A stretch of 64,000 nt of DNA from an uncultured Methanosarcinales archaeon (GCA_964344235.1 CAYFMJ010000001.1:192001-256000); one strand, 5' to 3'; counted from the stretch's first letter, positions 28,016-37,907 are shown. Notes: generated by a model not told the origin, from the letters alone. Translations and numbers: made by a program.

Positions 28016-28403
28016 AGCACGAATCACAAGAGCCTTGCCGGTACAATCATTCGTTCCAACCTGTGATAACTCTGGAGCAAAGATGTTAAAGATTGTATCT
28101 GTGAAAGGACACAAAACCGTTAAGGGAAGAATCCCTACAGCAGCGGTTGGTGATTTAGTGTTAGCTTCCGTAAAGAAAGGGAAGTTAGAGATGCGGAAAA
28201 CAGTTGTCCCAGCAGTTATTGTGCGGCAACGGAAAGAGTTCCGACGGCCAGATGGAACAAGAGTTATGTTTGAAGATAATGCAGCAGTTGTGCTAAAAGA
28301 TATGAAAGGTAATCCGAAAGGAACCATTTTCAAAGGGCCTATTGCAAAAGAAGTTGCAGAACGATGGCCAGCAATTGCAAAAGTTGCGAGGATTGTAGTA
28401 TAA
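28002..28403 (+). CDS. rpl14: 50S ribosomal protein uL14
   Basis: CDNSGAK, RQRKEFRRPDG, FEDNAAV, PKGT. Confidence 0.97.
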   Translation: MRAIKARITRALPVQSFVPTCDNSGAKMLKIVSVKGHKTVKGRIPTAAVGDLVLASVKKGKLEMRKTVVPAVIVRQRKEFRRPDGTRVMFEDNAAVVLKDMKGNPKGTIFKGPIAKEVAERWPAIAKVARIVV

Positions 28404-28404
28404 G

Positions 28405-28866
28405 ATGAAAGGTAAATTCACAACAAGTTGGAAACGGAGTACACAGCCACGAAGGCAACGTAAGTATAGGTACAACGCTCCACTTCATACGCGAAGAACG
28501 TTTATGGGTGTACATTTGTCTTCAGATCTACGAAAGAAGTACGGTGTTCGGACCATTCCTGTTAGAACAGGCGATAAAGTTCGGGTATTGCGAGGACAGT
28601 ATAAGAAGAAAGAAGGGAAAGTAGAACGAGTGAATGTGAAGAATGAGAAGTTGTTCATCACAGGTATTGAGTTTGTGAAGAATGAGGGTGCAAAGTTATT
28701 AGCTCCAATTAGCGTTTCCAATGTTATGGCTGTGGAGTTAGATATGGGTGATAGAAAGCGGAAAACAAAGTTAACTGGCGGGAACACTGCTGAGAAGAAA
28801 GCTGAAGCTCCTGCGAAAAAGGAAGGAGTGAAAAGAGAAACAAAAGAAGAGAGTAAAAAAGAATAA
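28405..28866 (+). CDS. rpl24: 50S ribosomal protein uL24
   Basis: SRQPR-like TQPRRQRK, LRKKYG.R, GDKVRVLRG. Confidence 0.96.
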   Translation: MKGKFTTSWKRSTQPRRQRKYRYNAPLHTRRTFMGVHLSSDLRKKYGVRTIPVRTGDKVRVLRGQYKKKEGKVERVNVKNEKLFITGIEFVKNEGAKLLAPISVSNVMAVELDMGDRKRKTKLTGGNTAEKKAEAPAKKEGVKRETKEESKKE

Positions 28867-28880
28867 GGGAATAATCAAAA

Positions 28881-29576
28881 ATGAAAAATCATCTGAAACG
28901 AATTGCAACACCACGGACTTGGGTTATCAATAGAAAGAGTAACAAGTTTATCGTACGGCCGAATGCTGGCGGACATGCATTTAGTGAAGGAACGGCATTA
29001 GGTGTTATTTTGCGGGATATGTTACACGTTGCAGAAACGATGGCTGAAGTAAAGAAGTTATTACATTCACAAGAAGTATTAGTTGATGGAAAGCGACGGA
29101 AAGAGCACCGGTTTATTGTAGGATTATTTGATGTGATTGCAGTTCCTGCTTTGAAGAAGCAGTGGCGAGTTGTATTAGATAGAAAAGCGCGGTTAGCTGT
29201 TGTTGAGATTCCAGCAGCAGAAGCAGCTATGAAAGTGTGTAAAGTTGTAGGCAAAACAATGTTACCTGGTGGAAAATTACAATTTAACTTACACGATGGG
29301 AAGAACCTTATTGGCGAGCACAAAGCAAATGTGGGGGATAGCGTTGTGTTAAGCTTACCGGATTTAGCAGTGAAAGAAGTATTGCCATTGAAGGAAGGTG
29401 TTTCAGTGTTTTTAACACGAGGAAAGCACGGCGGTGATACCGGACTATTGAAAGAGTTTAAAGGAAGCGATGCAGTGTATACTTCCGCTTCAAGTAAGAG
29501 TGATGTTGAAACAGCAAAAGGGTATTTGTTTGTGGTTGGTGCAAAAAAACCAGCGATGGGGATTAGTGTAGAATAA
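28881..29576 (+). CDS. rps4e: 30S ribosomal protein eS4
   Basis: HLKRIATPRTW, VLVDGKRR, VGLFDVI, NLHDGKN. Confidence 0.96.
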   Translation: MKNHLKRIATPRTWVINRKSNKFIVRPNAGGHAFSEGTALGVILRDMLHVAETMAEVKKLLHSQEVLVDGKRRKEHRFIVGLFDVIAVPALKKQWRVVLDRKARLAVVEIPAAEAAMKVCKVVGKTMLPGGKLQFNLHDGKNLIGEHKANVGDSVVLSLPDLAVKEVLPLKEGVSVFLTRGKHGGDTGLLKEFKGSDAVYTSASSKSDVETAKGYLFVVGAKKPAMGISVE

Positions 29577-29577
29577 A

Positions 29578-30204
29578 ATGACTGAGCAAGAACAACAGAT
29601 GGAAACTGTACAGGAAGCGCCCATGGGCGGTGCGGCAGAGGGGCAGGAGGCCGTTCAAGCAGCTACAGCTGTTGTTGAGAAGGGTAGCAAAGGAAGTACA
29701 AACCCGATGCGTGACATTAAGATTACAAAAGTGACATTAAATATTGGTGTTGGCAAAGACGAACAAATGTTGAAGAAAGGATTAAAGTTATTACAAAAGT
29801 TGTCCCCTCTCAAGCCAGTTACAACAACTACCACAAAAAGAATTCCGACATGGGGTTTACGGCCTGGTTTAGCGATTGGTTGTAAAGTGACTGTGCGGAA
29901 AGAAGTAGAAGCATTGTTGAAGAAGTTATTGGTTGCAAAGGAAAATGTATTACAACAAAAGAACTTTGATAATAATGGAAATGTTGCATTCGGTGTAGCA
30001 GAGTATATTGACATTGAAGGATTAGAGTATGATCCGGAATTGAAAATTATGGGTCTTGAAGTGGCGGTTACATTGGAAAGACCGGGATATAGAGTGAAGA
30101 AACGGAAAGTACGAACTGGAAAAGTTGGAGTGCATCACAGAATTACAAAAGAAGAAGCGATTGCATTTATGAAACAAACGTTTGGTATCGAGGTGGCAGG
30201 ATAA
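29578..30204 (+). CDS. rpl5: 50S ribosomal protein uL5
   Basis: [32 protein letters not shown]. Confidence 0.96.
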   Translation: MTEQEQQMETVQEAPMGGAAEGQEAVQAATAVVEKGSKGSTNPMRDIKITKVTLNIGVGKDEQMLKKGLKLLQKLSPLKPVTTTTTKRIPTWGLRPGLAIGCKVTVRKEVEALLKKLLVAKENVLQQKNFDNNGNVAFGVAEYIDIEGLEYDPELKIMGLEVAVTLERPGYRVKKRKVRTGKVGVHHRITKEEAIAFMKQTFGIEVAG

Positions 30205-30205
30205 A

Positions 30206-30436
30206 ATGACAACAAGTAATTGGAAAAAAATGTTTACGCAGCTGAATGCGAAACCTGTTACAAAACAGAAGTATATCAAACATAATAGTCCGAGAGAACG
30301 ATCTTGCGGTATTGCATTACGAAAATGTCGAAACTGTGGGAGAAATCGAGGACATATTAACAAATATGGCTTACATCTCTGCCGGCAGTGTTTCAGAGAA
30401 ATGGCACAAAGGTTGGGGTTCAAGAAGTTTAGTTAG
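30206..30436 (+). CDS. rps14: 30S ribosomal protein uS14 (Zn-binding)
   Basis: CRNC...[21 protein letters not shown]. Confidence 0.95.
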   Translation: MTTSNWKKMFTQLNAKPVTKQKYIKHNSPRERSCGIALRKCRNCGRNRGHINKYGLHLCRQCFREMAQRLGFKKFS

Positions 30437-30447
30437 GTGAATACAAA

Positions 30448-30837
30448 ATGTTAAACGATCCACTTGCAGCAGCATTGTCAAAGATTGTCAATGCAGAACG
30501 AATCGGGAAGAACACAGTAGTTCTACGACCGGCATCAAAGATGATCAAGAAAGTGCTTGATTTAATGAACGAGCATGGATTTATTGGATCATATGAAGAA
30601 GTTGAGAACGGTAGAGGCGGTGAACTTACAGTGAACTTACTGGGAAATATTAACAGATGTGGAGTTATCAAGCCACGATTTTCCACAAAGAAACATGAAT
30701 TTGAGAAGTGGGAAAAACGATACCTCCCTGCGAAGGATTTCGGTATTATCGTTGTTTCAACACCGCATGGGGTTATGACACATAACAATGCAAAAGAAAA
30801 GAATAGCGGAGGGAAGCTGTTAGCGTACTGCTATTAG
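30448..30837 (+). CDS. rps8: 30S ribosomal protein uS8
   Basis: LLGNINRCGVIKPRF, VSTPHGVMTH, GGKLLAYCY. Confidence 0.97.
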   Translation: MLNDPLAAALSKIVNAERIGKNTVVLRPASKMIKKVLDLMNEHGFIGSYEEVENGRGGELTVNLLGNINRCGVIKPRFSTKKHEFEKWEKRYLPAKDFGIIVVSTPHGVMTHNNAKEKNSGGKLLAYCY

Positions 30838-30843
30838 AGAATT

Positions 30844-31386
30844 ATGAAAGAAGCAATCACACGGGAAATTGTACTGGGAGACGGCGTTTCAGCTAGTGTA
30901 CAGGATGGTGTGTTAACGGTGAAAGGTCCTAAAGGAGAAGTTGCAAAACCGTTTGTGCACCCGAAAGTAGAGTTACGTGTGGAAGAGGTCAAGATTGTAT
31001 TACATGTTGACAAAGGAACAAAACGTGAGAAAACAATTATTGGGTCATTTGCATCCCATATTACAAATATGGTGCAGGGAGTTCAGGAACCGTTTGAGTA
31101 TAAAGTGAAGATTTGCTCTGGTCATTTCCCGATGAATGTTTCATTATCTGGGCAAGAATTGACGATAAAGAACTTTTTAGGAGAGTCAGTTCCGCGGAAA
31201 GTAACGTTGCCACAAGGTGCAGATGTGAAGATTGATGGAACGGATATTACAATTACCAGTCCAAGTAAAGAAATTGCAGGATTAACCGCAGCGAAGATTG
31301 AAAGTCTCTGTCGGATTACCGATAGAGATCGGCGAATTTTCCAAGACGGTTGTTATATTACACACAAAGCGGGGAAGGAAGTATAG
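30844..31386 (+). CDS. rpl6: 50S ribosomal protein uL6
   Basis: VKGPKGE, HFPMNV, NFLGE, DRRIFQDGCYI. Confidence 0.97.
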   Translation: MKEAITREIVLGDGVSASVQDGVLTVKGPKGEVAKPFVHPKVELRVEEVKIVLHVDKGTKREKTIIGSFASHITNMVQGVQEPFEYKVKICSGHFPMNVSLSGQELTIKNFLGESVPRKVTLPQGADVKIDGTDITITSPSKEIAGLTAAKIESLCRITDRDRRIFQDGCYITHKAGKEV

Positions 31387-31387
31387 A

Positions 31388-32005
31388 ATGGCAGAAACAA
31401 AAGCATTACTAGAACATCGGAAAAAAGTGAAAGGTGCTAAGCCACGCTTTGTTGTGAAAGAATCAAAGTTTGCAGCTCGTGTAAAGTCACGGTGGAGATA
31501 TCCGCGTGGAAAACATTCCAAAGTACGACAACAGCACCGGGGAAGAGTTGCTTTACCAAATCCTGGATTTGGTTCACCGAAAGCAGTTCGAGGTTTAGAT
31601 AAATCTGGACTTGAGCCGGTATTGGTACGGAGTTTGACTGATGTTGCTGGTGTGAATAAAGAAGCGCAGGGAGTTATTGTAAGTGGTTTGCTTGGTGGCA
31701 GAAAACGAGTAGCGTTATTGAAAGCGATTCAAGAAGCCGGTTTAGTGGTGCTTAATGTAAAAGATGTTACTGCTGTAATCAGCGGTATTGAAGCAGGTGT
31801 GGCAGAGCGGAAGAAGAAACGTGCTGCGAAGAAGTCAGCAAAGAAAGAGAAAGACGAGAAGAAGAAAAAGAAAGCAGCAGAGAAAGAAGCTAAAGATGCG
31901 AAGAAAGATGAAAAGAAGTCTGAGGATGCGTCTGTTGAAGATGCTGTGAAGAAAGAAGAAGCCCAGCGGAAGGAAGCGGAAAAAGTTATGACAAAGAAAC
32001 AGTGA
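31388..32005 (+). CDS. rpl32e: 50S ribosomal protein eL32 with K/E-rich tail
   Basis: PRF...RWRYPRGKHSKVR, GFGSPKAVRG; start moved to ATG 31388. Confidence 0.93.
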   Translation: MAETKALLEHRKKVKGAKPRFVVKESKFAARVKSRWRYPRGKHSKVRQQHRGRVALPNPGFGSPKAVRGLDKSGLEPVLVRSLTDVAGVNKEAQGVIVSGLLGGRKRVALLKAIQEAGLVVLNVKDVTAVISGIEAGVAERKKKRAAKKSAKKEKDEKKKKKAAEKEAKDAKKDEKKSEDASVEDAVKKEEAQRKEAEKVMTKKQ

Positions 32006-32022
32006 TTGTGGGAATATAAAAA

Positions 32023-32511
32023 ATGAGATCAAAAAAACAATTGGCGGGGAAAATCTTGAAAGTATCTCCTAAGAAGGTACGTTTTGCAGATGATGCTCTA
32101 GACGATATTAAGAAAGCGATTACTCGTTCCGATATTCGTGGTCTTATTGCGATTAAGAAAATTACTAAATCTACGGCCAATCAACAGTCTCGAGTGAGAG
32201 CAAGAAAGATTGCAGCACAGAAGAAGAAGGGACGTCAGCGTGGCTTAGGAAGTAGGAAGGGTGGAAAGTACTCTATTGTTTCTCGAAAGAAACAGTGGAT
32301 GTCAAAAGTGCGAGCACAACGACAGTTCTTGCGAGAGTTACGTGAGAAGGGCTTACTGACACCAACAAATTACCGATCATTATATGCAAAGAGCAAAGGT
32401 GGTTTTTTCAGGAATAAGCGACACATTAAGTTGTATATTACTGAGCAGAAGCTGGTGGAGAAAGTAGAGAAGAAAGCTGATACGAAGAGTAAAACGGAGA
32501 GTGAGAAATAA
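32023..32511 (+). CDS. rpl19e: 50S ribosomal protein eL19
   Basis: AITRSDIRGLI, GLGSRKG, WMSKVRAQR, YRSLY.KSKGG.F. Confidence 0.96.
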   Translation: MRSKKQLAGKILKVSPKKVRFADDALDDIKKAITRSDIRGLIAIKKITKSTANQQSRVRARKIAAQKKKGRQRGLGSRKGGKYSIVSRKKQWMSKVRAQRQFLRELREKGLLTPTNYRSLYAKSKGGFFRNKRHIKLYITEQKLVEKVEKKADTKSKTESEK

Positions 32512-32526
32512 TCATAATCATTGAAA

Positions 32527-33108
32527 ATGGCATTACGAAAACCAAAAACAATCTTGTACCGAAGAAAGCGTGAGAAGCGGACTGATTATAAGAGGCGGAG
32601 ACACTTATTACTATCGGGAAAACCGCGGTTGGTTGTTCGCTTTACCAATCACCGAATAATTGCGCAAGTGGTTAAATTTGCAGCGGTAGGAGATGCTCAT
32701 GTTGCAGCAGTTGATTCAGCTGCATTATTGAAGAAGCATGGTTGGAAGTACTCTTACAAGAACACTCCTGCAGCATATCTGACTGGTTTAGCAATTGGTA
32801 AGTTAGCAGTAGCGAAGGGTGAGAAAGAAGCTATTTTAGATACAGGATTCCAGACACCGCTACGGAAAGGTAAGCAGTATGCATTCTTGAAAGGTGTACT
32901 TGATAGCGGTTTAGAGGTTCCTCACGGCGGGGATGAGATCTTTCCGGATGAAGGGAGAATCAGTGGAGAACATATTGCTGCGTATGCAAAGCATTTGCAG
33001 AGTAGCGGTGAATACGAAAAACGATTTACGGAATATTTAAAAAACAATGTTAAGGCTGAAGAGATCACAGCTCAGTTTGAGAAAGTGAAGCAAGCATTGG
33101 TGGGATGA
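32527..33108 (+). CDS. rpl18: 50S ribosomal protein uL18
   Basis: RRKREKRTDYKRR, PRLVVRFTN, NTPAAYLTG, SGEHIA. Confidence 0.96.
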   Translation: MALRKPKTILYRRKREKRTDYKRRRHLLLSGKPRLVVRFTNHRIIAQVVKFAAVGDAHVAAVDSAALLKKHGWKYSYKNTPAAYLTGLAIGKLAVAKGEKEAILDTGFQTPLRKGKQYAFLKGVLDSGLEVPHGGDEIFPDEGRISGEHIAAYAKHLQSSGEYEKRFTEYLKNNVKAEEITAQFEKVKQALVG

Positions 33109-33118
33109 GTGAAGAATA

Positions 33119-34015
33119 ATGGCAGATACTAGACAAAATCAACGGAGATCTCCACGGGGAGAACAACGTCGTAGACCAGCAGCGGAAGCTCCGAAGCCGG
33201 AATGGAAGCCAACGACGAGTCTTGGGAAAAAGGTAAAAGCAGGAGAGATTACGTCTATTGATCAAGTGTTTGATCAGGGACTTTCTATTTTAGAACCGCA
33301 AATTGTTGATGCGTTATTACCTGATTTACAGGAGGATTTATTGTTGATTGGTCAGGCGAAGGGTAAGTTTGGTGGTGGTCAGAGAAGAATCTTTAGACAA
33401 ACTCAAAAGAAAACACGAGAAGGTAACAAAATCCATTTTATGACCTGTGCAGTTGTTGGAAATAAAGATGGGTATGTTGGCGTTGCACCAGGGAAAAGTA
33501 AGGAAACAGTTCCAGCACGGGATAAAGCAAAGCGGAAAGCTCGATTAAATTTAATTAGAATTCGAAGAGGATGTGGAAGTTGGGAAACAGATGCTCGTGA
33601 ACCGAATTCAGTACCGTTTGCAGTTACTGGGAAGTGTGGTTCTGTTAAGATTACATTAATGCCCGCTCCACGAGGTAAGGGTCTTTGTATTGAGAAGGAA
33701 TGTGCGAAGGTCTTAGAGTTAGCGGGAATTAAAGATGTCTGGAGTAAGACAAAAGGGCAAACGAAGACAAAGTTGAATCTTATTTATGCATTAATGGATG
33801 CACTGAAAAAATTATCAGAAGTTAAAATCAAACCTGGCGATGTTGCAAAGCTTGGTATCGTAGAAGGTCGGAGCGGAGAAGCCCCTGAAGTTGTTGTTGA
33901 AACAGCGGAAGTTATGACTCCGGAAGAAATTCAAGCGGAGGCTGCCGAAGAAGAGAAACCGGCGGGCGAGAGTAGTGCTGTGAGCGAAGAAAAAGCTGTA
34001 GCAGCTGAGGAATAA
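33119..34015 (+). CDS. rps5: 30S ribosomal protein uS5 with N- and C-terminal extensions
   Basis: WKPTTSLG, GNKDGYVG, RRGCGSWE, GKCGSV, PAPRG.GL. Confidence 0.96.
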   Translation: MADTRQNQRRSPRGEQRRRPAAEAPKPEWKPTTSLGKKVKAGEITSIDQVFDQGLSILEPQIVDALLPDLQEDLLLIGQAKGKFGGGQRRIFRQTQKKTREGNKIHFMTCAVVGNKDGYVGVAPGKSKETVPARDKAKRKARLNLIRIRRGCGSWETDAREPNSVPFAVTGKCGSVKITLMPAPRGKGLCIEKECAKVLELAGIKDVWSKTKGQTKTKLNLIYALMDALKKLSEVKIKPGDVAKLGIVEGRSGEAPEVVVETAEVMTPEEIQAEAAEEEKPAGESSAVSEEKAVAAEE

Positions 34016-34019
34016 ACAA

Positions 34020-34502
34020 ATGGCAGAACAACAAGCAGAAACTGTCCAGAAACCAGCTCCGAAGAAAGCTGAGGGAAGCGGAAAGATTGCGGTTGTGTTA
34101 GTTCGGGGTTTAGTTGGAGTTCGTCAGGGAGTGAAAGATACTTTGCAGTTATTACGTTTGACACGGAAAAATAATTGTGTTGTTGTGCCAAATACGCCAG
34201 AGTATATGGGTATGATTCAGAAAGTAAAAGATTATATTACGTGGGGAGGCATTAGCGACGCAACATTTGCTCAGTTAGTTGAGAAGCGAGGAGAGGAGTT
34301 TCAGGGGAGAACTCAGGATGCTAAAGGAAAATATAATTATAAAGCGCTTGATGTTAATGGTAAGAAGTTAAAACCATATTTTCGATTAAACCCACCACGG
34401 AAAGGATTTGGAAGAAAAGGTATTAAGATGCCCTTCAAGTTAGGCGGTGCGCTTGGAGATAGGGGGGAGAAGATGAATGATTTAGTGGGGCGGATGTTAT
34501 AA
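34020..34502 (+). CDS. rpl30: 50S ribosomal protein uL30 (archaeal long form)
   Basis: AVVLVRG, DTLQLLRL, VKDYITWG, FRLNPPRKG. Confidence 0.96.
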   Translation: MAEQQAETVQKPAPKKAEGSGKIAVVLVRGLVGVRQGVKDTLQLLRLTRKNNCVVVPNTPEYMGMIQKVKDYITWGGISDATFAQLVEKRGEEFQGRTQDAKGKYNYKALDVNGKKLKPYFRLNPPRKGFGRKGIKMPFKLGGALGDRGEKMNDLVGRML

Positions 34503-35098
34503 TGAATGTCTTCAAAGTTATTGGTGCTGTACTTACAAGTCCTACTGGGTTTTTTGCTAAGATAGGCAAGGGCAAAGATAATTTAGGATTTGCGTTTGGA
34601 TATTATGCTTTATTGTTATTAGTGGGAACAATTATTGGTCTGTTTATGAATTTACTACTTGTTAATCTTATTCCAATCTATGGTCAAATAGTGGCTGGTT
34701 CGGCAGTTTCATTAGTTGGGTCAACGATCTTTTCGTACATTCTTAGTTTAGCGTTTGGTTTCGCATTTGCAGGATTGTTACATGTATGGATTTTGATCTT
34801 TGGTGGGGAGAATAGTTATGTGAAAACGTATGAATTAGGTGCGTATGCAGGAACACCGTCAATGTTGTTTGGTTTTATCCCTATCTTAGGATGGTGTGGA
34901 TCAATCTGGTCATTGATCTTGCTGATTATTGGTACACAGCAAGTTCACAATATTGAAAGAACGAAAGCAATCTTAATGTATGTAGTGCCGTTTGGAATTT
35001 TGTTTTTGTTAACAATTATTGGCGCAATTATTGCTTTAATGGTATTTGGGAGTCTGTTACCTATTTTTACTTCGCACCTTAACGGGGGTCTGCTATAA
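34502..35098 (+). CDS. Yip1-family membrane protein inserted in the spc operon
   Basis: AVLTSPTGFF, about 5 TM helices, IFGG..SY.KT, YA.TP...GFIP.LG, GTQQVHNI.RTKA. Confidence 0.8.
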   Translation: MNVFKVIGAVLTSPTGFFAKIGKGKDNLGFAFGYYALLLLVGTIIGLFMNLLLVNLIPIYGQIVAGSAVSLVGSTIFSYILSLAFGFAFAGLLHVWILIFGGENSYVKTYELGAYAGTPSMLFGFIPILGWCGSIWSLILLIIGTQQVHNIERTKAILMYVVPFGILFLLTIIGAIIALMVFGSLLPIFTSHLNGGLL

Positions 35099-35100
35099 AA

Positions 35101-35589
35101 ATGGTAGTTAGAAAACGCAAGAAAGTAACCAAGTATAGAGCTCACACAACCCACGGTGGAGGGCATCGTAAGAAACGACGAGGAGCAGGTAGCCGTGGAG
35201 GAAGAGGTAGAGCTGGAACTGGTAAACGAGCTGGTCAGAAAGTTGCGGGGGGTAACGTTATTACTGGTAAGAGTGGTTTCAGACCGCGAAGAATGGCTGC
35301 GAAGAGTAGAGGGATTAATGTTGGAGAATTCACATCACATTTTGTTGAGAAGCTAGTAGCTGCGGGAAAGGCAACGAAAGAAGGAAATGCGTTTGTGATT
35401 GATTTGGGTTCATTAGGATATACAAAATTATTAGGTACGGGCACACCAGCCGTTGCAGTTAGAGTAACAGTTGGGAGCAGCAGTGCTCGTGCAACCGAAA
35501 AGATAGAGGCTGCAGGTGGTTCTGTTAACGTTGCTGGGAAAAGTACAGATGTTGTTGAACCAGTGAAGCTGAAAGAGAATACAGAATAA
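35101..35589 (+). CDS. rpl15: 50S ribosomal protein uL15
   Basis: THGGGHRKKRRGAGSRGGRG.AG, KLLGTG, KIEAAGG. Confidence 0.96.
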   Translation: MVVRKRKKVTKYRAHTTHGGGHRKKRRGAGSRGGRGRAGTGKRAGQKVAGGNVITGKSGFRPRRMAAKSRGINVGEFTSHFVEKLVAAGKATKEGNAFVIDLGSLGYTKLLGTGTPAVAVRVTVGSSSARATEKIEAAGGSVNVAGKSTDVVEPVKLKENTE

Positions 35590-35590
35590 A

Positions 35591-36976
35591 ATGGGTTTTG
35601 TTGACAAAATTGCTTCTTTCATCCCTGAAGTACGGGGTCCAACGCAGAAGCGATTACCGTTTAAGGAAAAGTTAAAGTGGACTCTACTGATTTTAGTATT
35701 GTTTTATGTGTTGGGTTTAGTGCCATTATACGGTTTAGGTGAGAATGCATTGGAACAGTTTGAGTTCCTTGCTATTATCTTAGGTGCTTCTTTTGGAAGT
35801 ATTATTTCATTAGGGATTGGTCCTTTAGTAACTGGTTCTATTGTGTTACAGTTATTATCAGGAACAGGTATTTTAAATATTGATACAACGACAACTGAGG
35901 GTAGAAAGAAATTCCAAGCATTGCAACGGGTTCTGGGAGTATTCTTTGTTGTGTTTGAAGCGTTTATTTACGTTTACATGGGCGGTTTAGCACCAGCGGA
36001 AGCGTTTATTGGAACGTCATTGTATTCACAATTTCAGTTGTTGTTAGTATTCCAGTTAATCTTAGGTGGAATGTTAATTATGTTTATGGATCAGGTTGTT
36101 TCGAAATGGGGTTTTGGTTCAGGTATTAGTTTATTCATTGCAGCGGGTGTTTCGCAACAGGTGTTCATTCGAGCGTTTAATTTTATTAAACCAGCAGGTT
36201 CAGAGTATTCGGCAGGAGTGATCCCACAATTCTTTCAAGCGTTATCTGTAGGAGATGTAACGACGGCAGGATTAAGTATTGCAGCGGTTATTTCAACGAT
36301 TGTGGTGTTTGCAGTATGTGTCTATGGGCAAGCGATGAAAGCAGAGATCCCGTTATCATTCGGGAGAGTGCGAGGATATGGCATGCGGTGGCCGTTAAAT
36401 TTCTTTTATACATCAAACATTCCTGTTATTTTAATTGCTGCATTGATGGCAAATATTCAGTTATTTGCTAGGCTGTTAGAGAATTGGGGTTGGCCGATTT
36501 TAGGAACGTTCTCTGGACAAACTCCGGTTAGTGGTTTAGTGTTCTGGTTAAGTCCGCCGAATGTTGTGCAGAATATTATTCAGGGAAATTTCACATTAAT
36601 TAATCTTGGACAAGCAGGAGTGTACATTTTACTGTTTATGTTAGGTTCAGTTGTGTTTAGTATCTTTTGGATGCAGACGGCAGGCATGGATGCACGGAGT
36701 CAAGCGAAACAAATTATGGCGTCCGGATTACAAATTCCCGGTTTTAGAAGAGATGAGAGAGTGTTAGAGAAAATTCTAAAGCGATACATTTGGCCATTAA
36801 CTGTGGTGGGTGGGGCAGCTGTTGGGTTATTAGCGGCGGTTGCTGATTTAACTGGGGCGTTGTCGAATGGAACAGGTATTTTGCTTGCTGTGATGATTAT
36901 CTATAAGTTGTACGAAGAAATTGCTAAGCAACATATGATGGATATGCATCCTGCGATGCGGAAGTTTATGGAATAA
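35591..36976 (+). CDS. secY: Preprotein translocase SecY (Sec61alpha)
   Basis: LGIGPLVTGSIVLQLL, SKWGFGSGISLFIAAG, YTSNIPVIL, QIPGFRRD, GTGILLAV.I. Confidence 0.98.
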   Translation: MGFVDKIASFIPEVRGPTQKRLPFKEKLKWTLLILVLFYVLGLVPLYGLGENALEQFEFLAIILGASFGSIISLGIGPLVTGSIVLQLLSGTGILNIDTTTTEGRKKFQALQRVLGVFFVVFEAFIYVYMGGLAPAEAFIGTSLYSQFQLLLVFQLILGGMLIMFMDQVVSKWGFGSGISLFIAAGVSQQVFIRAFNFIKPAGSEYSAGVIPQFFQALSVGDVTTAGLSIAAVISTIVVFAVCVYGQAMKAEIPLSFGRVRGYGMRWPLNFFYTSNIPVILIAALMANIQLFARLLENWGWPILGTFSGQTPVSGLVFWLSPPNVVQNIIQGNFTLINLGQAGVYILLFMLGSVVFSIFWMQTAGMDARSQAKQIMASGLQIPGFRRDERVLEKILKRYIWPLTVVGGAAVGLLAAVADLTGALSNGTGILLAVMIIYKLYEEIAKQHMMDMHPAMRKFME

Positions 36977-36991
36977 TAGCTTGGTTATTGA

Positions 36992-37098
36992 ACGTATTAC
37001 GTCCGTTCTTGTGAGTGGGGCACGGCGGACTCCGTACTCTTTCAGAGTACCCGCCTCGACTACGTCAGGGCGCCACTCACCCACCTAACGTAATACGT
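36992..37098. repeat. GC-rich nested inverted repeat (REP/MITE-like hairpin) after secY
   Basis: ACGTATTACGT(36992-37002)/ACGTAATACGT(37088-98), GTGAGTGG/CCACTCAC, GGCGG/CCGCC, GTACTCT-TTC-AGAGTAC. Confidence 0.8.
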
Positions 37099-37144
37099 CC
37101 ATAATTCAACAAAATTTATAAACACAAATCTTGGTGTATAGAAA

Positions 37145-37903
37145 ATGGCCTTTTTAGATCCAGTATTGAATCCGGTAATGCAACCGTTACTTAATCAAAG
37201 TCCATTCTGGGCAATTGTTATTCTCGCATTTGTTATTACATTGATTATTACGTTAGTGTATAAGTACGCAACGAATCAAAATGAGATGAAACGGCTGAAG
37301 GATCAGCAGAAAGAGTTTCAGAAAAAGATGAAAGCGTTGCGAGATAATAAAGATGAGATGATGAAAGTTCAGAAAGAAGCCATGAAGATTAATGGTCAGT
37401 ATATGAAACACTCTTTCAAAGCGACTATTATTACGTTTTTACCAATTATCTTGATTTTTGGGTGGATGAATGCACATTTAGCGTACGAACCAATTTATCC
37501 AGGAGAACAGTTTAGTGTGACTGCAGAGTTAATTCCTGGTGTTTCAGAAGCAGATTTAGAAATTGATGAAGGATTAGAGTTATTGAGCGAAAAGAAGCAA
37601 GCTGCAGTAGAGGATATGGTGACGTGGAATTTGAAGGGAGAAAGTGGGACACATTTCTTTACGGTAAAGACAGCTAATTCAGAAGCAGCGAAGAAAGTAT
37701 TAATTACAAAAGAAGTGATGTATGAAGAACCAATTTCGTTATTTGACCATTCAGATGTTAATCAGGTTACGATTAATTATAATAAGCTTAAACCGTTAGG
37801 GAGACAGTCAATCTTTGGTTGGGAACCTGGATGGTTAGGGTTGTATATTATTCTGTCAATCGTGTTTAGTATTGCTCTTAGGAAGGTTCTGAAGATTTAT
37901 TAG
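37145..37903 (+). CDS. DUF106 / EMC3-TMCO1 (Oxa1 superfamily) membrane insertase with extra soluble domain
   Basis: TM1, coiled coil (MKRLKDQQKEFQKKMK), FKATIITFLP..LIFGW, GWLGLYIILS; conserved position after secY. Confidence 0.9.
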   Translation: MAFLDPVLNPVMQPLLNQSPFWAIVILAFVITLIITLVYKYATNQNEMKRLKDQQKEFQKKMKALRDNKDEMMKVQKEAMKINGQYMKHSFKATIITFLPIILIFGWMNAHLAYEPIYPGEQFSVTAELIPGVSEADLEIDEGLELLSEKKQAAVEDMVTWNLKGESGTHFFTVKTANSEAAKKVLITKEVMYEEPISLFDHSDVNQVTINYNKLKPLGRQSIFGWEPGWLGLYIILSIVFSIALRKVLKIY

Positions 37904-37907
37904 AAAG

